Shown here piece by piece: positions 30,738 through 44,470 of a DNA stretch of 64,000 nucleotides; position 1 is the stretch's first letter; the number at the start of each line of letters is the position of its first letter. The DNA comes from Marsupella aquatica (taxonomy: Eukaryota > Plantae > Marchantiophyta): contig OZ316897.1 in the NCBI GenBank assembly GCA_973895155.1, forward strand, positions 9,075,832 through 9,139,831, given 5' to 3'. The notes beneath the pieces are model-generated. The model worked only from the letters and a program-made list of their open reading frames with translations. It was not told the DNA's origin and did no database searches. The position numbers and the translations under genes were made by a program.

Positions 30738-31394
30738 AGCGCCCAGAAATTGGAAAGCACCACCCACTCTTTGGCAGCTTATCCGCTCGACAGTCCCGAA
30801 ACCTGAAGAAGACGGGAAGACTAGAAAGATCGGGATCTAGAGTCCCCCATGAGAGACCCCAGTCGACCAGAATCAGGACGTGGCTCAGAGATGTGGGTAT
30901 CCCAAATTCCTACCTGCTAGAAAGAATTCCTGTAACAGTCTTTGCAGGGGGACAGAATCCTCGGGAGACTGCGAAGAGGAAATATTCGTACTTAGCTTTG
31001 AAACCGTAACGAGAGAAGAAGAATGGCAGAAAAAAAGGACAATGGGAATTCGGATTGATTTCCAGAGAAGAGAATGCTCTCCCAAAAATTTGGCGCCGAA
31101 GTTTAGAAAATCAGAAAGGAAAAGTTATTGTTGACTGCTAGAAGCAAAAGGTTTTATCTGCGAATTGTGTGAAACGCTGCGAATTCACCATCGAAAAGCT
31201 CGATCTATCGAATGCAATCTATGAGACTTTGAAGGTTGGCTCAGAGTTGATTTTCCCGCGCTTTTTGCAAATAGCCACTGCTTTCCCGCGCTTTTAATTT
31301 GGTGATTCTGCCAGAGTGACATTATTGGACTAAGGGTGCCTTTAGAAGCAATTGGAGGCACTTGTGACTTTTCTTCCACTCAAGCATATGGAAA

Positions 31395-31592
31395 ACCACT
31401 TTCGTACAAAGGATAGACTCTAAATAAATAAATTAGCCGAAATAAAGTTAAATTAATGCAAACCGCTTCTCGTACTAAGGATAGACTCTAAACAAATAAA
31501 TTGGCTGAAATAAAGGAATGCAAACTACTTCTCGTACTAAGGATAGACTCTAAACAAATCAATTGGCTAAAATAAAGTTCAATTAGTGCAAA
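31395..31592 (+). repeat. Three tandem copies (~63-67 bp) upstream of CTF18
   Basis: tcgtac.aaggatagactctaaa.aaat.aatt.gc..aaataaag occurs three times. Confidence 0.9.
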
Positions 31593-31599
31593 TCCCTTG

Positions 31600-31775
31600 A
31601 ATGAAGCCAACTATGGGAAATATTTAGCTCTGGAGGTGGTCTAAAATTCTAGACAAGATCAACACTCCACATCAACATTTATTTGGGCTCAATGTTTGCC
31701 ATGTAGGATTGGATGACACTATATTTGAATGGGACCCTGAGTTCTTGTAAAGTCGATTGCAACCATTGCCACTCA
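31600..31775 (+). repeat. Dispersed repeat (second copy at ~9215-9392)
   Basis: Alignable by eye with 9215-9392. Confidence 0.7.
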
Positions 31776-32799
31776 TTAATCCTGCCTGGCCGTTGATTAA
31801 TTAAAAAAATGACATAAATATTTCCTATCTTGGATTGAGTTGACAGTTCAAAACAGCTACATTTGGCACACTTTATTGTCTTTACCTAAACAAATTAAAA
31901 ACCAAAACAAGACAGATCAAGCAGCGCAAGGATGAGAAAATGGAAGAACTTTGTAAAGCTAGTTTGGGGGGCCTTTGTAAAGATTTGGACAAACTTAGAC
32001 AGAAATCAGGTCTGAATAATTGTCATAAAAGCGGAATCAACTATTGTAATATGTAATGTTGTCAAAACTTTGTAAGCACCTCACCTTATAAAACCTTATA
32101 AGATGAGGTGGACTTTTCTTTTTCTATATGTGGGTGCAAGTGAAATGTTGTGGCAAGGTGATTCAACTTTGCACAATCTTTCTTTTTGGCTCTCAATTAA
32201 ACATTACTTCCCTTTGTCATTCATTTTATTTTCTCTGCATTGCCCAATATATTTTTTGTTTGTATAGAGTTTTCTTTTTTTGCTCCAATAAATTTCTGCC
32301 TTTGCCATAGGATTGGTTTTCTTTGCAACCCATTGGCACCAGACACATTTTTTCCCACAATTTTTTGTGTCAACCTAAGCATTCCGCATTGATAGTACAT
32401 TGCACCCAATTTTGGTAGTTGTTATCTTTCCTCAGGTCTGGAGGGCAAGTGGGAGGGGTGGGAGTGGGAGTGAGATGGACAGGAGGATTGTGGGGAAAGG
32501 GAACTAATAAGGGAGACCCACAATCCATCTGCCTATTGGCCTGCACTGTGTGGCCATCTGCCTATTGGCCTGCACTGTGTGGCCATCTGCCTTCCCTTCT
32601 GCCTCCCAAACATCTCTTGTGCACCGTTGCCCACTGCACGTGGGGAGGGGGCAGAAGTAGAGGAGGGAAAAACGTGTTGCACAACTTTGCTTGAACCCCG
32701 TAGCCGCAGTCGCCGGCATCTTGCACACCATCATATTTCTCTGCACCCTTGCCCTCCCAAACATCACTTTTGCACCAACTTTAACCAAAATAATAACAT

Positions 32800-33211
32800 T
32801 GCTGCACCCAGAACGAAGCACTGAACCAAACGACACTTCTACAACCACAACACAATTACATAGTTAACATGACTGGAACAACAACATTTCCACAACAATC
32901 ACATGACTACAATGACAATCCAATTGAAACAAAAATTGACTTTCACGCTCATAACAGAGCCATAGTGATAACCCAACCACAACCATAACACATTCACAAT
33001 GATAATTGTGCACTACATGTGCATAGGGCTCAGAAGTTCACCTTGCCTCCACAACACTTCTTATCCTCAATGACTTACTCCATGATATCTTTTTAATCAA
33101 CATCATCTTTTGAGAAAAGACAATTTTACGCAAAGACTTTTATGCACTGACAATTTTATGCAGCGACATCTTCTGTAGAGAGCGCGGGTATTGAGCTAAG
33201 TAGCCCGCTAG
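32800..33211 (+). mobile_element. Helitron-like remnant (GACATCTT sub-repeats, terminal hairpin plus CTAG|T)
   Basis: gatatcttttt, catcatctttt and gacatcttct sub-repeats at 33080-33175, then the stem gcggg...cccgc and CTAG|T at 33208-33212. The 5' end is not defined. Confidence 0.4.
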
Positions 33212-35431
33212 TAGATCATAATAGTGACAAGATTCTTGGATTATCAAATTTTGCATGCACTGAAGTGAAACTCTATAATTGCATTAGCCGACAATTATAA
33301 TTTAGTACTTTACTTCTTATACTTGTAATCATGTTGGAAAGGTGAACATTTATGCCAAAAAAACCATCCCAAATGACCATCTTAAAGATAAAGACAACGT
33401 TAAGTGGAAGATAGATGGTTTCCAAAAACAAACCAAAAATTGTTGCCCAAAAAGATATTTTATTGAAGCTAAAACTAGGATGGAGTTGCTACTAGAATGG
33501 ACTGCAGCCAAATACTCTATTTCAGCACTAATGTCTTACGTAGCACTATTGCGATGAACAGCTAATTCTTACATCACACTAATTACGGACTGATCAGTGA
33601 CATTCTTTTCATTTGCCTTTCCCAAACTTTTCTTTGAACCTGGTCACCTTGCCCATTACACAAAGTTCTTGTCAATATGGTTTATATTTGTCGTCATTGA
33701 GAACATATGCATGGCTCTATCTGCATCAAGGATTGTGGAAAATTATTTGTCGTGGAAGATTGTGCCTCACAGCTTCTCAAATTACAGATAATCAATTAGT
33801 ACATAATAATAAAGAGTCACATCCACTGCTAGCGACAGACTACCCTGTAAGTGGAGCACCTCGAGAGCTCCCATGGATTTTCATATCTCCGTGGGAACTC
33901 TGCAGGTAGAGGTCATCTTGGTGGGAGAGTTATCCTGGTGTGTCCTGCATGCTCTCCTGGCTGATGACCTTTTATCAATCAATCCTCTTCAGAAGTACTC
34001 TACAATACTACAGGGAAACCCCAAAAAAACTCAGAGGACATAAGAGCTACAAGCGGACCCAAGTAGATATCCAACTTCAGACAGTCTAATACTGGCTCAA
34101 ATTTTGCACCTGCCATCAAGCAATAGACGCCCACCAACATCTAGCCAAATTTGGTCAGACAGTTTCGTGATACGCTCTTTCCCTCTCAATATCACCTACA
34201 CAATTATTCAAAAGAAGTAGCATTCCAATATCCCACTCCTTGCTTTCAGAGAACTTGATCTGAAAATATATTCTCTGGATTGTATAGACGATAAACAGGA
34301 TCTCAGGTTATGTGTAGAAATGCGATTTCCATCACGTTCACCTTCGTTCCCTCGAAGTGTGTTCCCCTTGGAGAGAAGAAATGAATGAGTAGATATTGTT
34401 AAGCTTTACAACACAACAGGTAGGCAAGAGTAAACCACAAGAATCAGATAGATACCCGATTGCAATCCTTGAAACTTGATGACTTAAAATATGAACAGCA
34501 TTGCTCTTTCGATAACATGACTAACCTTTTGATACATATTATACCGGAGCCGCGCAGAAGTTCCAAGGAAATTCGCCAGATCGTGTGATTAGGCCCAACA
34601 AGAGATGCTTTACGTTTGGAACAGATAACCTCAAATACAACAAGGTACTGCTGTTACGCTTTTTGATGACTCTCACTATCCACAATGGACTTGAATGGCA
34701 TGAGATTTACTCTCGCCAAATCAAATAGTTAGTACAAAATTGATGTGGTACTAGTCTCTTTTAACAGGACATCCTTGTATAAGAGCGCTTTCTTGCCCAG
34801 TTGACAGAAAGTATGACGGTTAACACAGTGGAATTTTCCCTTTCGGGATGATGCTTGAGGCGACTTACACTGCGGGGTCATGACCGCGCGCTTGACAATG
34901 TAAACCACAGCGTCAAGGCTCCTCAAACTAATATGTGCACATTTACAGTACAATATGTGGCAAAGGGTGTTGATTTTCCTCCATATATTACCCTTCTCTG
35001 GTCCCGGAAAGTGAACTGCACATCCATCCCCCGCAAGTAAGACTCAGATGTGGAGGCCGCTAAATTTACCCGAGTAGACTTGTAATGACCGTCCCCATTT
35101 GTCGTCTACTAGGTTTCTATCTCCAATTTTATCCGGATAGATGGGGCCCATCATAGACGTTTCCATGATAATCTAGCCCTCCCAGAGCATCGAGGATGAA
35201 TACACCGGCAGTCTAAACATTCGCTGCGACAAGATGCCCATAACCTTTGCTGATGTTCGCACCAGAATTTGACCTCATATTTACAACCTGGGTGGATGCA
35301 TATCCTTGATCAACTGCAAAAGTTCCAAAAGGACTCCTTGCCAAAGAAAGCCAGTGTAGATTGAAACTGCCTCAAAGTCCCTTAGACAAGTCAGGGACAT
35401 TTTGAACCTGCAATCGTAGATGCTTACGACC

Positions 35432-38400
35432 TTAGTGACTCCCTTGAGCTGCGTGCTCTTCACTCATACCATTGTTATCTCCTCCCGACTTTTGCAAAGA
35501 TCGGTATTGTAAACGAACACTTTCACCATTGTCTAGGGTTTTCAACAGGTACCTGCAAGACATTAATTCAGATCAAGATTATGGGGCAGAATGGCATTTG
35601 GAACACACAACATTTCTTGAACAGCATCCTTGATAAGAAACTAGGTCGGTAAAAAATTCGTAGCTACTAAATATAATTTGGAGTTGGGCTATTCACCTGC
35701 AACAGTAGTCAGCCTACAAAATTCCTACCACAAACTAGATACATATTCTGCTCTAGTATCTTTTGTAACAATAAGATCCAACGGCTTCATTTATATTGCC
35801 TAAGGGCAGAAAAATACAGCCGTTCTGCAAAAACCCTCTGGACGCCTCGTTCAGATACGGAATAAGGAGCCCGCTTGATTTGCGTAATATACAAGCCAAC
35901 GGGAGCGCTTTACTTAATTACGATATGGACGTTATACAAGTTTTAAGTGAGAACTGAGAAGGTAAAATGGTCAATCAATAACGCAAGGGCAAAATCTGGC
36001 AACACCATAGCAGCAACCCTTGTCTCTCAAAAGAACATCTTTCAATACAAAAGACAATTAGTACAAAGGCAGCCATCAACTAATCCAGGGTACTTGCATA
36101 CCAGCCATTAAGGCATTGAGAAGTGATATGTGCCTCCCTTCCCACAAATTTCTCCGGAGTTCTCTTATTTCCCTGACAAAGAAAATGACGAGCGCCCACC
36201 ATTATTAGGAGCTTGACCTTCATCAAAATTCACTTCCAAGGAAAATCTTCAGAGTCACGATGAATGCTGCTGAAAATCTTGTAAGTAATCATCAACATCC
36301 AAGGCAAGAAGTATCGGCATTGAAGTCATGGCTTCAAGGGCAAATCATACCTTAATCATTACCCTCTCATTAACAGAGAAAGGATATTGGACTCCCTTTC
36401 CACCACTTCCACTTCTAGATACAGTTTCCTTATCTGATGGTGAGTTTGGATGGTCCTGCGGATCTCAATATTACAAAAGTGAGTGTGATTTTACCTAATC
36501 GGACACATCCACTTTGCAGCAGTAGATTTCGTAAGTTTCAGTGTGCATTTAGAAACTAATACGACTCTCTGAAACCTTGTAAACTGCAGGATTCTCATAA
36601 CCTATTCCAATTTGTATCAGGTCGTGTTTCCACTAAAGGGTAACAAAATTACCTGCTTGGGTCTCTTATGTCGGGATGGATCAGCTTGCTCTGAGGGCTC
36701 CTTTCTTCTCTTTGCAGCACGAGGCCCTTGTAACATCCTATTCTGTGCTTCACGTCTGTAGGCTAATGCTGCTTCTCGTAATGCTGCATCACAAAAGATA
36801 TCGAGATCTCATTTCAGAATTCCAGTCAATTTCATGCTTGAAATCCTTCAATCTGGGTGCCTGACCACTTGTGGCCCTAGAACCAACCAAACTGCCAAGA
36901 ACTGTCTCACATGCAACATAGACCAAGTCAAATTTCCGCTTCATTGCTGAGTTCAAGAAGTCAAATAGATGTCAGTTTTCAAGATCATAGTCTTAAATGG
37001 GCAGACAGGTTCTTACCATGATTTGGAATTAAAGTCCTCATTTCCAGTACCATGCCACATGAACTGCACATATTCTGTGATAAACCAACCAAGGCCTTAA
37101 TCAGCAATCGCACATGTAAGTTGGATCGACTCTATCTCGAACAAAAGCCAGGAATCTCTAGACATATACGATTCAATGTCCTCGTCTAGTTAATTTCAGT
37201 ATGAGACGAAACTTCAGTCGCCAACTATTTCCAGGTTTTACATGAAATGCCTGCAATAACTCAAGAACAGGCTAGTTCCTCATGTACACGCAATCAAGGG
37301 TACATGAGGAACTGATGATCTCAAGTCAGAGTTGCTCCAATAAAGTGAAAACAAACACTGATTTTGAGAAAACGACATACTGAATCGCAAACTCTCTTTA
37401 ATGTTTCTCCTCCAAAGGAATGTCCGCAAGGTGCAAACAAAGCATCCTCCAAAAGAGCACCACTGTAACAGATTTTCATAAGTTGGATATTAGATCAAAA
37501 CCTATTTAAAATACTTGTAGATGAGCGTCTACTGATCTTCTAAATCAGTGCAAGCAAGCTCACTTCAACAAACTGCAAGCAAACAGCTACAGAAAGCAGG
37601 TCCCTGCACTCGTGGACGTCAAACAACAAAATGGTAAAAAATGAGGAGCTTTAAAACAACCTCTTGACCAGCGAAAGGAGGTGTACTGCGGAGAACTTAC
37701 GAGATTGGATCCGATAGTACACTTCTCAATGAAGGTTCTGTGCTTGTAGAATTTATTGCTTCCTGCAGAAACCACAAAAGATAATAAGACGACACCCAAA
37801 AGTAAACAAACCTGAGATAGGGAAGCTGCGCTACTAAGAGCATCGCCACCAGTGACTAGTAACAGCAAATATATTATAATTTATTCTCAGAAACTGAGCA
37901 GTTCGGTTCATCTAACAGCAATTAAGCTTCATATACAGTAGATTTTGTAAGGAGTCCATTGAACAGCTGTCACCTTCCCAAGAGGTTTTCACCAACTTGT
38001 GAGGTAATGATTACTTCGTATTTGTAATAATTCTCTGTACTAGTGTGGGAAGTCGTGTTCATTGATGGTTTGTTGTAGATGAATCAATGAAACGAGAAGT
38101 AAAGAATGACATACGACGCTGGTTCCAAAACCATTGCTCGTCAGTGCTTCAGCAGCTGTCAGCCCATCCATAAATGCTGCCACTGATATTATCCCATAAC
38201 CGTCAGGTACAGAATGACCAGCATTTGCCACTGAAGAGCTATCAATGGTCGCATTACTACGAGGCATCAACCGAAACCCTAGCGAAATCCTGACAAGTAC
38301 ATCATCAGGGGAACAATGTTAACAAATTGATTTTTGTAGAATCCACTCAACTTAGTTTAGGATTGCGAAATTGTGACGGAGTAACAAAATTTGGACCTGC

Positions 38401-40272
38401 AGCAAACTAGAACGCTCTAAACTTAGCGAAGGGAGTAGTATTGCATAAAAGGGAATCAACCTGAATCGCAATGGAAATTCCAAGAGGGCCATACACACAT
38501 AGGAAAACGTGGTAACCAACCTTCCTGTGGACCCAGCAGGGCCATTTTGAGATTGGGGCACCACACGATATGGAGAAGCCTTTCTAAGGCCAGCAGTAGC
38601 ATGCTGGAGAGCTCTGCCTGTAAGGAGAATGAGATCCCCGGGACCAACTGCATTATCCGCTAGGAACCAATTTCCGTTTGGATCACACACCTGTAGAGAA
38701 AACGATTCCTCTCAGTATTGTGTGCATGGGAATGCTCGTTGGAGCAATTACGTAATAACATCTACATATGTACTTTAAAGGTCGCAAAAAACCATACCCG
38801 TAGCCCAGGCGTATCTGAAGCAACCAGCATGAGGAGTCCCTTCTCGACTTCATTACCAGAGTCTGACATCATCATAGCTTTCCCTCCACCTCCCCCAGGA
38901 TGAAAGGACGTCGCTGTGAGAACAGATGACGAAGTCTCTCCAGATGGCAGAGGGGAATCATCCAGTATGGATGCAAACGCACTGCCCACAGAATCCAAAA
39001 TTAGTTGTGAGGCGTTTGAATCCGTGCTTGCTCTTTAGGCTGCTTCTCATGAATTAAAAGCAGGACAACATCCAACATTGAAGAGGGTAAGCAACACCAA
39101 AAATGAGGACCCTTGTAGGGAGGGTCATGTATTCTTCAACATTCACTAGATAATCCATATGAGAAGAAAAGACAGATGGCTAGCGCTAGACCTAGAGCGG
39201 GAGAGCATCACAAACTCACTCGCTGCGAAGGCGCAGATGCCGAGCAATTGCACTTAACGCTGCTCTTGAAGCCTTTCCAAGGCAACGGAAAACTTCAGGC
39301 ATGCCCGGTGGTGGGGGCTCAACGTCTTCATAGCTGGCTCTGTAATGCACACCAAAGCATTATGACAGAAAGTAGTCCCTCGAGGCCAGTCACCTATGGC
39401 TTCTAAAGAGTAGTTACTTTAGGGTTGTACAAGCATTAATCATACCTCCTCCAACGTTCAACACGACAATGGAAACAGAACGTGAATTTTCTCGCACATT
39501 TGCAGCCAAGGAAAATCAACCCAAGTACTCAATACAAGACTCATCTGCCTTCCGGACACTGGGTGCGGACCCCCTGATCCCTGGGCCACATAATGTATAA
39601 AGCAGTATCACGGCTCTTACCACCAAAGCTCCTTCACAGAAAACATGAGTCTAAATTTATTTTTCCCTTGCATGATTATGTAACTCACCTTCCTGCGCGA
39701 TACAGATACATTTCTGTAGACGGACCAGATATGTGACCAGTAGACTTGGTCAAATCTGTCCCACCCCAATTTGTCACACCGCCTCCGGAGCCTCCTCTAC
39801 TTCGAAAATACAGCTTGGCGGACTCGAGCGCACATCTTACAAAAGTGGTGTCATCACCACCCAATTCAATAATGACTGCATTGTATCTCGCGAGAGAATT
39901 CGACAGCGTCTCCACAGTTCGGGTGTACATCCCTGATGGAGCTCCATCTTCAGGCAGCATATCGATGAGCTTAACTCTTTGGAGTCCAACCGAGCTGTCC
40001 AGAGAGTTCCCCATACCCACTGAGTTTCCAAGAGGAGAATTGTTCGATGCCACATTATTCTGTGGAGGGGCACCATGAGGGTTCGAGAGCGGGAGAGCAA
40101 GAGAGAGCTGAGAGACCGCCGAACCTTGTCCCGAAGCTGAAATAGACTGCAAGTGGTTCGCATTGGAGTGCGCTTGATGTTGGTAGCTATGGCCAGGACT
40201 ACCCGGTCGAAGAGTCGGAGAAGGACCGACACTAGGAGGCATAGAGGGCATGTGCATGGTCATCGAAGCCAT
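35432..40272 (-). CDS. 2OG-Fe(II) dioxygenase-like fold fused to a PUB62/63-type U-box/RING and conserved C-terminal domain, ~620 aa, 12 coding exons
   Basis: Exons 40272-39689, 39339-39220, 38981-38798, 38690-38521, 38289-38115, 37762-37701, 37462-37381, 37074-37017, 36783-36653, 36455-36351, 36172-36102, 35552-35432 (1863 nt, in phase). DSBH-like segment KGLLMLVASDTPGLRV..NGNW..GDLILLTGRAL..YRV..RISLGF; U-box/RING LRSVLSDPISGALLEDA..CGHSFG..CSSC..LIPNHALR; C-terminal KGVQYPFSVNERVMIKGNKRTPEKFVG..CLNGWYLL..VRLQYRSL. From recall it resembles Arabidopsis At3g19895; not checked. Confidence 0.88.
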
Positions 40273-41978
40273 CCTGACTTCCACGCTGGAATTATGACAA
40301 AACCTGACTTCGTCAAAATCGACTCCATTGCCGGTGCATTGAAACCTCTAGTATTGAGAAGTGGCCTTCGAGAAAGTGCACACTGTACCATGAACTAGTG
40401 GAAAGGACGCACTCGACATGAGAAATCAGGAAACCACTCGTAAAGGTATAAACCCTAGTCGAAAGAGTAAGACCAAAACGACATACGACGAGTCAATCCC
40501 CCATGAAGGAAAATTAAATATTATTGGTGCGTGGTAGAGCAGGTTGAGCCACAAAACTTCACTTCGGGCTGACTCATACATACCCTAAGCGAGGAAGAGA
40601 AAGTGAGGGGGACGAGTAGCAAGTATCGTTTGTGTTGACATCATGTCCGCAACATTCACCACGATGTCAAACACCACATCTGCTACTTCATGCCCCATCA
40701 TTTCGATCACGTCCATCCCTTCCTCCGAATTGCCGTTTCTCTTCTACATAACTCCAAAATGCGCGTCATGCAGTTTCTTTCGTTCGAACGCTGCTTGCTT
40801 CCTTTCCGTCTAAAGCTCAACCATAATAGACGGAAAATGGAGCTAAATTGCTCCTAAATAGTTCCCCCCAAGTATCCGCATCAAATTCCTCAATTCTTGC
40901 TGAATAGTTTCACATACACGAGTGTAACAAACTTCATATCCAGCCAGTATACTCTTCTCAAGCAGCAGCAGCAAGTTCCGAGCTCTCTCTCTCGCTCCCC
41001 GTCTACGGTCGCAATGAACTAACTATCACCAACTGTAATTAATTGCTCCGGACTCCTTCCTCCCTTTTGAGGGACGGATGGCCTCTCCTGTCCTGCCCGC
41101 GCTCAACCTTCACGACCGCGGTACTACTACTGTAGTTCGAATCCTGCACCCTCTTCGACTCAGAAGAGCTCCCGCACTAGCAAGCAATCAATCCGGAGAG
41201 AGGTCATCAGCATAGCCACCTCGCAAGATTCCAACGCGATGACGAAACACCGCCTGCTCCGCCCCGCCAAACAGAAACAAGCGACAAGCAGTGTCGCAGG
41301 TGGCAAACGTACGCCAGTCAAAGCTTCATTCGACAATCACGGTGCTGATGAACCTCTCTTTCCATGTCCCACACAGCTCTTTCCACGCCTCCACGACGAG
41401 ACGAGACGACACAGAATTAACATAAAATGCTCGTCTCAAATGCAGAATTGTCGAACTCAGAGCAAACTCACTCAAATTCTCGTTCAGCAGCAACAATGGA
41501 AGCGGAAACCAAACCAAACCAAACCAATCGACAGAAGGGACTTGTAACAAGGGAGCAACGAAAAGTGGTGCGGGGTCAAACGAGCGTCAAAATCAAGGCA
41601 GAGAAAGAATGTCGGCTAAGAGGGGAATGACTGAGAAGACCAACAGAGGGGAAATTATGGACACAGCAGGAAAGGCTGGAAAGCAGACAGTCAAACACAC
41701 AGACAGACAAGCAGACAGACAGACAGAATGAATCAATTTGATGCGGCAGACAACAACAACATCAACAACCCACTCACTGATTAGAGCGCCAGACGAGGCG
41801 ACCCACCCAATCAAACAACGGTTTTCCCATCGATCGATGCAGCGAAACGCAGACGAAAGGCAGACGACAGCATAGAATGGCGATTGGCAACGCAAAGAAA
41901 GGAAAAGAGAAGCAAAGCAAAAGCAAAGGAAATCAATCAAATCAATCAAATCATGACATACTATACTATACTACAGTG

Positions 41979-42505
41979 TACGCTCAGCTCTGTCTAAGTG
42001 CACATTCCATAAGCGCATTACCTGGTTTAAGTGTAAATGAACCTCGTTCTTCCATTATCTTTTATTGGGAATAAGCACTGGATCTGTCTAAGCGCACATT
42101 CCATAAGCACATTACCTGGTTAAATGCAAGGCACCCTGTTCTTCCCTCAAGTTTTACAGGGAATAAGCACTTTTTAAGGAGCTGTTCTAAGCGCATACAG
42201 GCCTGAAATTACAGTAGCCAAAGGATACTTTAATAAGCACTTACCCTTCATAAGCGGTTTGTATGCACTTATTACCCTTCATAAGCCGTTTTATGCACTT
42301 ATTGGTAAATGCACAATCACCTAAAATTGCATTTAGTGATAAATGCATGCACATTTGAGTCAAAAATGCACTTATGGAGTTCAGGCCAGGGATACGAAGG
42401 TAATTGTGCTCAATGACAGGAGGATCAAAAAATGCAACACCTGGTTTAGTGCATGCCGTATCCGTCGTCTTCCCAAGATTTTGCACTTAAACAGAGTTAA
42501 CTGTA
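41979..42505. mobile_element. Complete pogo/Tc1-mariner-like MITE (TA-flanked, ~27-bp imperfect TIRs) with an internal ~92-bp duplication
   Basis: Left TA-CGCTCAGCTCTGTCTAAGTGCACATTC versus right (reverse complement) TA-CAGTTAACTCTGTTTAAGTGCAAAATC, 20/27 identical. Internal tctgtctaag.gcacattccataagc.cattacctgg occurs twice. Confidence 0.75.
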
Positions 42506-44284
42506 CCTTACTTACTATTCTGCTACGCACGAGGCATTAAAGACAGTACGCTTTTCACTGTTGCAGGAGTAATGATGCGACAAAATACCAGTTTACTTAG
42601 ATGAAGCAGCACCATTGCACCAGTAATGTACAGTACATTCAAGCCTAATTTTTTAAGGTGTTTTCTTTTTGGTCATTGTGATGTCAAAGGAGAAGAGGTT
42701 ATTGTAACGTGCCAGGAAGTAGTACTTCATGAGCAAAAACATTATTCACATGACCCCTAATTTTTCTATGTCCAATTGTCTCGCAAATAAGAACCTGGTT
42801 GATAGCTTACATTTTTGGGACCCCTCTTTTCTCTAGCCATCTGGAGTCATAAAAAACACAAAAACTATAAAAGGCAGCAAAAAGAAATTCAAAATCACTA
42901 GTGTCTCATTAAGAACATTCTCATCACTAACAAAATTCCTGTTTGCTCACATAATACAATAACTCAACAAGAAGATGCTAATAAATTCCTTATCTTATTT
43001 TACTAGATTGTGTTCTGGTCATTAGATCTCAATAGATTTAAGGATTTTAGATTCTGGCTTGTGAAGTATGGGGGCTAGGTGGGCAACTGGCAAACAGAAA
43101 AGGGAGCCAATTTTGGCCAATAGCTGCAAGGAATTCTTAAAGAGATGGACTCTTGGAAATTTTAGTCACTGGAAAATAGTTGCTATTACTGTGAGACAGT
43201 GATGCTCAAATGTCCATCATCTATGGTGGCTCTAGTGCCGTCTAGGCCAAGTGTTTCTATGTTCTAGCATCTCAAACCTTTACTGGAAAGCCTTACTTGT
43301 TATTAGGCCATAGGAAGGATTTCAGGACTTTCTTTTATGACCATGTGAAAGTTGATTTCTAGTGTGGAAAAAATTTATTCGGTAAGGATTGGGAGATGAG
43401 TTTCATTTGCCCATGATTGAGATTACTTAAAATAAACTAAAAAAGAGTGGTGTCAGAGTGCGTACTTACTCCTCACTCCAACCAAACCGAGTATTGAAGA
43501 TGGTCATGGGGTGCTTTACAAGAAGAGGGGGCCCATTGTTTCTTTTCACTCCTTTTGAGATTGAGTTTGGACAGTGTGTAAAGGAGTATAAAGGGTTGCA
43601 ATTGACTTTGCAAGAAATTGCCCACTACGTACTGTACGTCCCTAGCAATGACACCTCCTTTTTAAATGGCATTTTGCAAAAGTTTTATGTTTCTTAACAC
43701 TGGGCGCATACTAGCAATGATGCATTGAGACCCCGATTGAGACTAGCGCAAATCCCAACACAAGTGTTTTCTACTGCTGATACTTCTTCATGTAATTTTT
43801 GAATATTTTTGTCTAGTTACCTAACAGTATAAGGATAGGGCCCAAAGCACATGGGAGATGACGCCGAGTTTCAGAGAAAATAGATCGAGCCCATGCCAAA
43901 AACCCTGCCAGCGTCTACAAATTACAACTTATATGGCACTACATCCCAGCAGGATGGTATGGTGTCTACCTATTCTTACATGGTAAACATAACAATGGGC
44001 CGAATGCTTATTATGTCTAGAAGTTTTTACCAGTTCCATAAGTGGTCCAAACAGTTTTAAACTTGGGCTCTTGGTTCTTTCATTCAACCGATTTATATTT
44101 ATTGATTTTCATTTCAAAAGATTCTTTTTCTCAAAAGTCAATATTAAGAACAAGAAGTGGACTTCCAGTAGAAGTCGCTAGTGCCCCACACCTTATAAAA
44201 CCACCCTTTTTGTTCTGCTACTTGAAAGTGGTCATTCTTATTTATGATGCAAATGAATATTCTCTTTATTTGTATATAGGGTCA

Positions 44285-44470
44285 ATACTAGTGCATTGCA
44301 CAGAAAATGTCCTTTGTAAAAATGATGATGTAGCATAAAATATATCATCTGCAAGCCAAAAGATTTCATTATGTAAATATGTTTTGGGGCAAAAGATATC
44401 ATTGTGTAAAAGATGTCTACAGAGAAAATATCGTTCCGCAGAGATGAAATTCTGTGAAAGATGTCAACCT
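44285..44470 (-). mobile_element. Helitron-like remnant of the GACATCTTT family, minus strand
   Basis: The reverse complement shows gacatcttt sub-repeats ending in ...tgtgcaatgcaCTAGT, as at 11540-11564. Confidence 0.45.

Noticed and set aside
31922-31945. gcgcaaggatga resembles part of U6 snRNA
   Set aside because: Only about 12 nt match; no ACAGAGA box or remaining U6 sequence.
37812-37856. Candidate extra exon (VTGGDALSSAASLSQ) in the U-box fusion gene
   Set aside because: The flanking exons already join in phase 0 without it, and it would need an additional unsupported micro-exon.
41130-41150. GTTCGAATCC B-box-like motif suggesting a tRNA or SINE
   Set aside because: No A-box or cloverleaf around it.
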